The notes beneath the pieces were generated by a model. It was given only the letters and a program-made list of their open reading frames with translations, searched no databases and was not told the origin of the DNA. A stretch of 64,000 nucleotides of DNA from Lingula anatina (lineage: Eukaryota > Animalia > Brachiopoda). Positions 53,801 to 64,000 of the stretch are shown here, in pieces. The DNA is taken from contig CM120642.1 in assembly GCA_051362555.1 (NCBI GenBank), forward strand, positions 18,352,001 to 18,416,000, given 5' to 3'. The translations under genes and the position numbers were made by a program. Numbering within the stretch: the stretch's first letter is position 1; each line of letters opens with the position of its first letter.

Positions 53801-55430
53801 GGCATAATTGACAAGTAATGGAATTGCGTGTAATGGAGATGTGATTATTTTCATTTCAGGGTTCATCGGAACAATAAATTTGTAGATGAGCTTTGGAAAT
53901 ATGCAACATTAACTTTTGTGTTCTCTTTGGCCACAGCAGTGGGATACAGTAGGTAAGTTACAAACCAAGATATGTTTTCAAAAATGTTTTTCTTTCTTTT
54001 TATTGTATATATTATATCAATCCAAGAGATAAATTTTTAAGACATCAAAACCATAAGATGAAAAATAATATACTGAAAACTGTATTGACACATATGCACA
54101 CGATTCCATTAGTAAGAGTTGTTAAAAATAAAACGATTTTTTTTTTCACTTAAAGAATGAAAGTTTTGCTGACTTGGCAGAGGCACTAGTATGTGCTGTC
54201 TGATTGCTTTAAATTTCTTTTATTCCACACTGAAACAATTTGTTTTCAGAATATACCTGGGGTACCACACATTTCGTCAAGTCTTCTGGGGTGCAGTGTT
54301 GGGGGCAATACTAGGGGCCCTTTGGTTTAGCATTGTGCAGTTAGTTTGTACACCATTCTTCCCCCTTATTGCAGCATGGTAAGTGAAGACCACTCTCCAC
54401 CAAAAAAATTATAATTGATTAAAGAATTTAATTTCTTTTTCTTGAATTTCACTTAAAAAGAGGCATAGAATTTGTGCCATATTATATTTTTATTGAACAG
54501 GTATTGTATTTTCACAACAATCTCTCAGTCTCTGATCCATAGACATGTTAGCTTTTTTTTTTGTTTATGCTGTTTTAAAGATTTATATATATATTTATTA
54601 ATTCATTCATATTTTTTCTATTGAAAACTTCAGTATTAATTTATTTCATATTTTGTATTAATTTATTTTGCCTTTTTTTTTTCAGGCCCATATCAGAGTA
54701 TTTAATGATTCGAGACTCTACTCTAATTCCTAATGTTATGTGGTTTGAATACACTTCACATAGAACTGAATCTAGGTAAGTTGTGGTTGGGGGGATTTAG
54801 TTTAAGTAAAAGTTACATATTTACATGGATTTCCTGTAACTCATATAAACTACTTATACTTGTTTATACAACTTGATTAAAGTCAACTTGCCAAAAGAAA
54901 AACCAAATTAATCACTCGGTCAGCCAAAAATATACCTGTAAAACTGCACCTTCATCAAATTCTGGTCATAAATTTGACTTATTTATCTGCCCATCCAGAT
55001 TTTAAAAGCCCACCAAATTAGGAAGTAATGCTTGATGCATGACTACTGCATGCTCAATAGCATGAACATTTGAGTGAATGGCAGAAACTGCTGAGAGTTA
55101 TATATACATGCAGCACAGAAAGCTAATAGAAAATATATGTTCAAAAATAGTTTTTCAGGAAGTATGAGACGATGCCTTTTGGTCTTTCCACCAATTAAGT
55201 TGTGCTGTTTAAAACTACATAATTGCATTTGGTCAGTTTTACTGGTTCTGTTTTGGCTTCATCCATAACTTTAAAGATATGACAAATAGTATACTATAGA
55301 AAATATAGAAATATAATATAGAAAAATTGTTTTTTCTGTCAGCTATTGGAGACTTTCACATATATGTATATATTTTTTTGTGGTTTCCAGGAGCAGATTA
55401 AGAAAACAAGGCAGTTGGAAGTCCTCCTGA
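50888..55430 (+). CDS. DOLPP1: Dolichyldiphosphatase 1 (PAP2 family), ~247 aa
   Basis: Exons 50888-50999, 51803-51903, 52227-52308, 52538-52634, 53860-53952, 54250-54378, 54686-54775, 55391-55430 (744 nt). [53 protein letters not shown] and [15 protein letters not shown] match DOLPP1. Confidence 0.95.
51293..51371. repeat. ~30-bp-stem inverted repeat (hairpin) in DOLPP1 intron 1
   Basis: CATGCATTAGCACTCCTGTTGACGGTTTT ... AAAATCGTCAACAGGGGTGCTAACGCATG. Confidence 0.8.
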
Positions 55431-56382
55431 CAACAACAGAAAAATAACCATTATAGGAAATTTTCATTTTGAAAATGATTACTTATTATAACTAAAACTA
55501 ACTCTAAGAAATATTTCTTTTGAATGTGATATGCCATTTTACTGAAAATTAACCACAGGATTTTTTCCTCTTTTTATTTTGTTTATTTATTCATGTATTT
55601 ATTTATTTATTTGAAAAAAAGTTATGTAGTTAATATTGAATAAAATAATTTGAACATGTAACTTTACTGAAAAAAAAGTAAATTTCTATTTTGCAAGTGC
55701 TTGTATCAAAAGACTTGAAACTAATCATTTTGGAAATTAATGTTATTTGAATGAAAACTGGTGTAACAGGGAAATTAACTATGAAGGGCAAATAGATGTG
55801 AAGATTGTTTTTCATGTTTAGAAGTGTATTTGAGTGAATGTAAAAGTTTAAACAGTACTAATGACTGACAATTATTGTAGCAATCAAGTGAAGAAATGGT
55901 GTGAGTGCAATCACAAAATAATCAAGACTTGATCATTTAAGCAGGAACAGAAGTGTTTGTATTTTAAGTGTAACATTGTGTTCACTTGCATTGGTAATAG
56001 ATAATTAATTTGTAAATAGCAGGCATTCAGACACAACACTGTCTCTTCAAATGCACTTGTTTTATATCAAGTGAGTTCATTCCAAATGTTTTCTATGGCT
56101 GTTCCAGCTTTTTGTAGGTTCAGGTGTTGGAATTACAGTTTCCTCAACTGATGCATAAAAGAGATATGCATTCCCAAGCACCATTGTAGCCTGTAGGAGG
56201 TGGGGAATTAGAGTTTAAATCTGGGAATCTGGACTATTTTCTGATCAATCTTATAGTTGAACTTAGGTACTTGAACTGTTATAATCTAGGTTATATATGT
56301 GTACTATAAGGCTCTTCTCACATCGAGCTATACACTGAACTTGTAATTGTGCTAGGTTTGGTTTTGGCTGTTTAGTTATGTT

Positions 56383-56547
56383 CAGGGGTGGATTTAGGCC
56401 GTCTTCTGGGTCTTCTGGAAGATGGTCAGATTTTCAAGTTTACATTGACAGGTATCTAATACTTTCTGTCGGAAGACGGTCAAAATGAAGGATGGATCAA
56501 CAAAGATAATTTGGAAGACTGTCAGAAAATCTCTCTGGATCCGCCTG
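56383..56547. mobile_element. MITE with CAGGGG(C/T)GGAT-type termini downstream of the DOLPP1 stop
   Basis: CAGGGGTGGATTTAG ... CTGGATCCGCCTG, with internal GGAAGA(C/T)(G/T)GTCA repeats. Same terminal type as 5260-5529. Confidence 0.6.
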
Positions 56548-57644
56548 GGATGTTTAATGAAAATTAGAAAGCTATGCTGAGCTCATGCCTCTGTGTAAGT
56601 GACTCTCTGATGTAATAACCAAGTTATTATGTTGTCACTCTCTCAGAGTGGTCAATTTTGTTGTACTGCTTGATGTGACTAGGGCCTTAATTGTAAATTA
56701 TCAGGGATTGGAACTGGGTTTGCAGTATTACTCTTTGTGTCTTAAATTGTGCGAGTGGTTTTCTACAGGAAAGTGACACTGAATTAATTTTAAAGTCCTA
56801 ACAGTGAATTTATGTTTAAAAACTGCTTTTGAATTCAGTTTGACAATAGAATCAACTTAAATACTAATAGACATTTATTTTTGTAGTACTAACCTCAAGG
56901 ATTTTTAGCAATTTTCCTGATGACAGTACTGATTATGATAGCCAGAGAAGTACATCTTGTTGTTTATCTCTTATGCAATATAATATCTCAGATGAAGAAT
57001 TGGCTTGTAGGTGGCTTTAATCTTTTCTATGAAAAGGGTAATTTGTAATGATGGGCAAAGTTTAAAAAGAAAAGAATGTTTGCACTGCTATTTTCCTTGC
57101 TGATTGGGTGTGTGTTCTTATTTTTTCTTTCACTGTTTCTCTCGAGCAATGCCATTTTCATGGAGAACTATTTGTATAAAAGCCACCGTTATGATAAATA
57201 ACATTTGTAAGACTAATGCTTTGTTTGTTTTATATATGATGAACTGTGCACTTTCTCCTGAAATGTGAGTTTACAGATCTCTATTACATATTGCAGATGG
57301 GGGTGGGGGTGTTCCTGCACTGCTATAAATAACTTCAATTTTCAGAAATTGATGTTATTCATCTTGTAAAATACGAATGGGTGACTAACATACAGAGTAT
57401 TTGTTCAAACATAGCTGAAGGACACTCTGACAATTTTCACAAAAATACCCTCTGCGTAATGTTCATTATGTATAATCACAACAATCCACTTGGGTTGCTT
57501 TTACAGAGAGAAGGCTTGAGATAAGACAAATACTTTCATAATTCTTGAGTCTATAAGCATTTTAAATATTTTTAATTGTCATTAGAATGGAATCACCAAA
57601 GTTTAATGTCTTGTGTTAGTTACATAAACATATAACATCTATGG

Positions 57645-60600
57645 CTAAAATGTCACAACTTTTGGTCCTTTCTTTTTCTTCTTCAACTTTGGGCTCTCAT
57701 GGAGAGTGGGTTCATCCTCCACATTGGCATATTTATGGACCTTGTCTATGGTTGTGTCTGCAATCCCTGCAAAAAAAGTTTTTAATGAAACAGATGAAAA
57801 TTAATGGAAAAAGTGACAAACAGACAGGCATGAAGCCAGTGATTTTAAGAGGGGTGCAAATTTTTTTTCTGGTCTGGGAAAAGTCACCCTGAGCTTCAGA
57901 GATAACTTGACACTAACCTCTTCACTATAGCCTATCTTCATCGTGTCGAGTTACCTCTGACCACATTCGATTGCCTCCGCCGCCCGCCAATCAAATTTAA
58001 AGCCCGCACTCAATGACTCATTGAACGATCTAGCCAATGAACGCGAACTAGTCAAAGCGCGCTTTGTTCAAATCCAGACCATTCAAAGATAAGGCTGAAT
58101 ATCAGGGACTTGCCGTAACCTGTGGGCAGCACGCAAAATACATCATCCCTCAGTAGATAATTATGCAGGGCATCAAACTGCTCTGGTTTCAATTCCGATA
58201 TACTCCATGCTTTCTTTGTGTACGGTTATGCACTCGGAACTACTCGGATGTCTCCGCACTCGACAATAACTATGTTGTTAGTATGGAGCTTGCGGAATCA
58301 GCCGAGGATTGCCGATTATCGGTCAACCAATCAGCGTTTTCACCAAACTTTGGTGAAAAATTTTGAAACATGGATTCGATTGGCTTATATAAACTAGGTC
58401 AAACTATTTTCGTCAGAGGTAACTTGACACGATGAAGATATAGGCTATAGTGAAGAGGTTAGTGTCAAGTTATCTCTGAAGCTCAGGGTGGGAAAAGTGC
58501 ACGTTTTTGCCATTATGTTATAGACCCAAGATCAGATTTTGATTCAGTGCAGACCTTTTTAGACCAAAATAGTGATTGGTTTGCTTGACCCCCATTCGCA
58601 CCCTCATCCCCAGCCTAGAGACATGCAAACATGTATTTGTGGCACTAGTACACAAACAATACAGAGTCAGACAGGGGCTAATAGTTGGTCAACAGTATAG
58701 TACTCCTCTTGCACCCTGAGTTTCAAAGGTTCCCCAAAACTTGCCTATTTACAATCAGCTTGCCTCTACTGTTTTCTGGGACCTTTGAAACTTGGGGGGG
58801 GATCCTTCAAAAACACTAACAAGTAGCACTGAGCACAGATTTTTAGGTAAATTGTATGTATAACGAGTACAACAAACTGAAATCAAGACAAAAGCCAAAC
58901 ATGAAAACTTGTCTAGCTGATTATCACGGCCAGACAGTACTGAGATTACCAGGTCCTACTGACAGATAAAAACAATTTGAAATTAAATGCTTCCGGTTTC
59001 TTAAATGGAAGTACATAACTACCTTGCTGTTTCTGCAACTCCGGGCAATCCTTTCTGAAATGTTCCACAGATCCACACATCCTACAGCAACCCCCTGAAA
59101 CGGCACAATTTTATTGTATTTTATTCAGGTCTCTGAGCATCTGGTACAGCAAAATAGGTTTTTTTCATTCTTTCTTGCATAATGCTGGTAAAAATGTAAA
59201 TAATTTCTTCAAAGATATTTAACATATTTACAAACCCTTCATCAAAAGGCTTTGATAACATGTCATTGACTGACTCGCGGATAAGAGCCATTCATAGGTA
59301 GAAAACATGTTTAGTCTCTTTAGAAATAATTTACTTATTTTACCATTTTTATTAGTCAGTAAAAATAGGACAAAAAAGGACATAAGGGCACTTGATTCAA
59401 ACAAAGCCTGAGTTTTTAAAAGCCATATACTCTTTAATCTAATATTGTTGCTAAATGGTAGCTTAATTTTTATTGTGTTTCTTTAACATTGTCCTGTTGT
59501 CAGTGTTTTTGATAATTCTTTAACAGTGTAAGGCACACTGAGATTTTAACTTTATGTGCTATGAAAGAGTGTATTATAATTATCATTTATATTATTATTA
59601 TTTCACCTTTTGGATACAGTCCTCTTGGGTTATCTGGACACTGCTTAGAAATGTGACCCATTTCAGCACATATAAAACACTTGGCATAGGGGAAGTGACC
59701 TGAAGAAAATAAAAACACATTTGAATATCAGATGTGGCCATGACAAAATTAAGACCATGATAAAAGACTACCTCAGTTTAAAAACTCACTGTTTTGATTT
59801 CATATTACAAATGCATAGATAGCTTATTATGACTTTAACACTGGTACAGTCAATTAACCAGTTAAAAGGGATCCTAGTCAGTTAAATCTGTTAAATGTGT
59901 TACGTGCCAGTTGCTCTGCTTTGGTCCAGTAGATTCTTAGACTTGGGTGACTCAAAGGGCATTTAGGCAAAACCATTTTCTGGCTAACACTGTATATGAA
60001 TGTGTAGAATTGGCCATCTTTTTCATTTAATACAAATGGACACACATACATACTGAAAATACCAATGACATTATAACTATTTAAAAGCACAAATATAAAA
60101 TTATACTTTTGTCTTTTTGAAAAAAAAATGGAAATACAATTTACAAACTTTGGCAATCTAAAACTGCTACTACTCACCTGGTTCAACCTTGGCCTTGCAG
60201 GTGGCACTGCTGTGCTCTGTGGAGCCACATTTAAAACAGATCCCAGTGCCCTGGTCAGTGTCTCTGGTCACTTGTGGGCAGTCGGCCAGAGTGTGACCGG
60301 ACTGTCTACAGTTAAAACACACCTGCAAGATAAAGTGTAATCTTAGCATTTATCTTGATAGCAGAATGAAATAGAAAATACTTCAATTAAGCTTGTGTCT
60401 ACCAAAAATGAACAGATGGATGGATAAATGACACCAACCACATCAGAAATGTCCCAAAAATAAAGTGAAAAACATTTAATTAACTTATTCAGAGGATAAA
60501 ATATTTCTAAAAATGTCAGCAAGCTTACTTTAGAGAAATAACATCGATGTACTGGTATGTGTATAACCAATATTATAATTCAATGCAAACATGTATTTTA

Positions 60601-61043
60601 AACACTCTATACCACCTATGTACTTTCCATTAATAACACTGATGAAAAATATATATATCACATAGCTCCCCCAATCAACTAAAAATAAAAATAAACAATT
60701 AAATAATTACCCTGGCAGCCTCTCTTTCATTAATCCTCTTCACTCGTCTGTATTCACTTCGAGCTTCCTTGTAGTCCTGACTATTTGCCACATTAAACTT
60801 TCCTTTAATAAAAGCCTTCTTGCCAAACTTCTTCTTATGTTTGGCCACACCCCCTTTCTGAGGCCCTTTGTGTTGATTACTTTGTGTTTGGCCATGCTTT
60901 TCCAGTTTAAAATGAGTGTGATCTTTTTTAGAATTGGTGTCTGTTGGTTTTGGTTTCTGTTCACCTGTCTTCATCTCTGTCCATGAAGAAGCTGACAGTT
61001 CCTTCTTTTTGTTGGCGGGTCCACCTCTAGCCCATCGCGTCAT
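57645..61043 (-). CDS. ZCCHC9: Zinc finger CCHC domain-containing protein 9, ~254 aa
   Basis: Exons 61043-60711, 60322-60178, 59699-59607, 59094-59023, 57766-57645 (765 nt). N-terminus MTRWAR..SW.EMK. Four zinc knuckles: CFNCRQSGHTLADC, CFKCGSTEHSSATC, CFICAEMGHISKQC (followed by PDNPRGLYPKGG), CRMCGSVEHFRKDC. C-terminus KVVTF*. Confidence 0.93.
57885..58490. mobile_element. 606-bp MITE with ~77-bp TIRs and perfect 8-bp TSD, in ZCCHC9 intron 4
   Basis: GGAAAAGT|CACCCTGAGCTTCAGAGATAACTTGACACTAACCTCTTCACTATAGCCTA ... TAGGCTATAGTGAAGAGGTTAGTGTCAAGTTATCTCTGAAGCTCAGGGTG|GGAAAAGT. An 8-bp TSD is typical of hAT or P superfamilies. Confidence 0.93.
58712..58799. mobile_element. ~88-bp degenerate mini-MITE sharing the CACCCTGAG terminus
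   Basis: CACCCTGAGTTTCAAAGGT ... ACCTTTGAAACTTGGGGGG; no clear TSD. Confidence 0.5.
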
Positions 61044-61532
61044 GGTTTAAACTTGTGTAAAAACCAGTTTTTTCTGCAATATATTCCACTTGAAATATCT
61101 TCCTGCACTATTAAGAAACAGGTAAATAGGGGTCTCTGAAAAATATGACATTGCAAGAATATATATGAATGTAAGTGTGAACTGTGTTGAGTTTATAATA
61201 TAAAAACAAGGTCAAAAGTGAAAGTAGTGTTGCTTTGTCTCAGTTTTTCGGTTTTACATGCAGGTTCAAAATAAACACTATAATAAGACAATGTGGCATA
61301 TTATAACCGAAAACTAACTGAGGCACATGTAAACTGATGCTAAGGCTGGGACTCGTTACAGTTGTTACATGTATTTACTGGTGAACTGCAGTATTTGCGC
61401 TAGGGTTACTGAACACCTCATGTATCCACTCTTATATATTTTATATCTAATATCTTAAGTAAAATTTTTATCTCATCTGATTGGTAAAACTAAGTCTGAG
61501 ATCAATAAAATAGTTAAAACATTAACAAGTAC

Positions 61533-61705
61533 CTCAAAACGTGTCAGCCATACATTGCACGCTACTTCCGGTGGTATCGATGCTGTCTAACTATCCTTTT
61601 TCCACATGTGGATAGTAAACACGTGTTATTGAGTCCAATTTGTTGGATCGCATTCAGCGAGTTTTAGATTTTAGCATATCGCACAACAATTGTAAATATC
61701 AGACT
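61533..61705. promoter_or_regulatory. Bidirectional promoter, ZCCHC9 / DDX31, including probable ZCCHC9 5'UTR exon
   Basis: ETS site ACTTCCGG at 61564-61571, palindromic E-boxes CACATGTG (61603) and ACACGTGT (61619). Minus-strand donor G|GTACT at 61533/61532, candidate acceptor TTTTTCAG at ~61136. Confidence 0.65.
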
Positions 61706-63956
61706 ATGGATCAAGCTGATGACGGGCTTTTGTTAAATTTAGTGTCCTTCGGAGGAGAGGGAGGAGGGAATAAAAGACCCAAGAAGGAGGACAAGGTAAC
61801 GATTAAATTTAATGGACTGTAATCTTTTAACTCAAATAATTTTTTCTGGGTTCGAGCCCAACAAGTGTTTCACACAGTAGACTAGTGAATATGACATTAA
61901 TGGCCACAATTCACTTAAATTGATGTTACTTGGTCTATTTTTGGTTACTCTGTAATGCCTTTTTACTTGAATTTTGTATATGTCTTTTATTATTTTTAAA
62001 TAGAAACAATAACATTTCTGATAAACAACTTTGAGTTTCAAAGTCCTCAGTTTGCATGAGCACACCGTCACATAAATTTTGTTCATTTACTCACTTGTCC
62101 TGTTATAATTTTAGTTGACTCGTCTGAAAAGACAGAGAGCGGAAAAGCGAAGAGCTTTAATTTCTTCAAAAATAGCAGCTTCCAAACAAGAAACACCCAC
62201 AGGAGCCAAAAAGCCAAAATTAGGCACCAATGGCCCCACCATAGAAGAGGACAATCACTCTCCATCACCAGCAGAAAAAGAAAGGAAGATCCCTTCAGAG
62301 ACAGAGAGCCCTCATGAAAAAGGAAAAAACTTCAGAATTGGTCCACAGCAGATTGTAGCTTCCTTATTCAGAAATAACCCAGAAATACCCAAAGTATCAA
62401 GGTTAATTTCTCGATCTTTAGAAAATTTTAAAATGCGATCTATATTTCTGTGTATTACTCTTAAGAGTTTCTATGGTTGAAAGATTTTAGGGGTTTAGAT
62501 ACATTTTACTAATGAAAATTAAGAAAATAACTACATCAGTTTTAGAATAATTTATGATTTTATATTACATGCATGTATTTACAATTATTATTAGGTATTT
62601 TTCATGTACCTTTTTAGCCATGCAGTTGAACAACTGAAAGAGAAGATATTCTCTTCCGATAAATTTTCGGAGCTTCAGTTACATCCTTTTTTGGTAAGTT
62701 TGTGAAATGTTTCCCTTTAATTTGTTTGCTATTAAAATATCCTTGAAGTGACGACAAATATATTCTGATCAAAAAGGTCTTTAATTTGTTTGCTATTAAT
62801 TTATCCTGGCAGTGAAGGCAAATATATTCTGATAAAAAAAGGTCAGTTATCTTAAGTTATCCTGAAATCAAAACTGTTAATTCTGTTCAAGCCACTAGTG
62901 TCTGAATGTTTTAGATGTAAAAAAAATTGATGTTGAATAAAGTTCATCAGTGTGGTAATGATAGTAAATCACATTATTATGTTCTTCATTATTAATCAGT
63001 GCAACTTGAACCAAGTGAAGACGACAGAATGTATCTTATCATATATAATTATTTAAATTGAGACAGAAGAATGTTTTAGCCTATAAAGAAGTTGATTACT
63101 AAATAAAGTTTGAAGGTTTTTTATTTGATGTTTAGGCTAAGTATTTGGAAGAGAAAATGGGCCTTTGTCACATGACAAGCATTCAACAGAAAAGCATCCC
63201 GCAGATTATATCAGGGCATGACACTTTGGTCAAATCCCAGACTGGATCAGGTATATTGATTTGTCAGTATTGAAAGTGATGATGATGACGAAAATACTAA
63301 TATTATAATTAATTTTAGTTGTTACTTATTTAAAGTCTAAAATCCAACTTTGTTTTAAATCAGTAGATTTTACTCAGATTTTACAATTTTGATAAATGCA
63401 AGTGAGAAGGAAAAACTTGAAAAATACCTTTTATTTCAAGTCTGTTAATTAGCTAAAATTGAATGAATATATTAAGAAATAGGTTTTGTTTAAATACTTT
63501 ATAATAGTGATAAATGTCAAAGATGAAGTTATATCTCATTGCTGAATTATAATTTAATCTTTAATAATTAGGGAAAACGTTGGCTTTTGCCATCCCGGTG
63601 GTCCAACATCTACAAAGTATTGTTCCTAAGATACAAAGGCAAGATGGACCTTATGCTATTGTGATTGTTCCAACAAGAGAGGTAAGTGTTTTGGGGTCTC
63701 TGGTATAAATAAACTACTTTCCTTTCTGTAGATAAAAACATACTGCATTTCATTTTTGTTTATAGAAAAATATTCATAATTTCTTTACTGTTTTTATACT
63801 GTTTCTTCTGCTAACAATAATGTCAGTTTGAATTATAACAAGTGAATTAGATTTTAAGTGTAATTTTTGTGGTTTTGATAATTAGTTTCAATTTCTACAT
63901 TTGTTTATTTCCAGCTTGCTCTGCAAAGCCTTGCAATCTTTCTAAAGTTAGTTCAG
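61706..63956 (+). CDS. DDX31: DEAD-box RNA helicase DDX31 (Dbp7 family), 5' part; gene continues beyond the window
   Basis: Exons 61706-61795, 62115-62401, 62618-62693, 63136-63250, 63572-63681, 63915-63956. Dbp7-like N-terminus [19 protein letters not shown] motif ([18 protein letters not shown]), Walker [31 protein letters not shown]. Confidence 0.92.
62715..62844. repeat. Two-copy ~64-bp tandem duplication in DDX31 intron 3
   Basis: CTTTAATTTGTTTGCTATTAA..TATCCT..AGTGA..CAAATATATTCTGAT.AAAAAGGTC occurs twice. Confidence 0.85.
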
Positions 63957-64000
63957 GTAAGTTATTAAATACCTTTCCAGTAAGATTGAGATGTACTACA

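Noticed and set aside
62715-62844. C/D-box snoRNA in a DDX31 intron (GTGACGA ... CTGA)
   Set aside because: Box spacing is too short, there is no terminal stem or recognisable rRNA guide, and a simple tandem duplication explains it.

Overview
This is AT-rich (my estimate ~35% GC), intron-containing animal genomic DNA, most likely from a lophotrochozoan or other invertebrate bilaterian; the taxon is an inference. I assembled six spliced genes by hand from GT-AG junctions, and the five complete models sum to whole codon counts. (1) A + strand secreted protein of ~1768 aa: signal peptide, LamG/ConA-like domain, vWA domain with intact MIDAS, and ~35 EGF repeats, 34 of them in one 3.9-kb exon with a higher-order AABC tandem array. 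(2) Lmx1 LIM-homeobox on the - strand, with an 18.6-kb intron between the two LIM exons. (3,4) QTRT1 (-) head-to-head with DOLPP1 (+). (5,6) ZCCHC9 (-) head-to-head with DDX31 (+, runs off the window). Housekeeping-gene introns hold several MITE-like elements. One is a palindromic host element in QTRT1 intron 4 hit twice by a ~225-bp element with asymmetric ends and TAA duplications. Best leads: the LamG-vWA-EGF35 protein, the nested orientation-specific element, apparent proto-MHC-paralogon synteny, and an in-frame upstream ATG separated from Lmx1 by a single TGA. Most short ORFs in the track are spurious. No prokaryotic features, CRISPR, rRNA or tRNA were seen.
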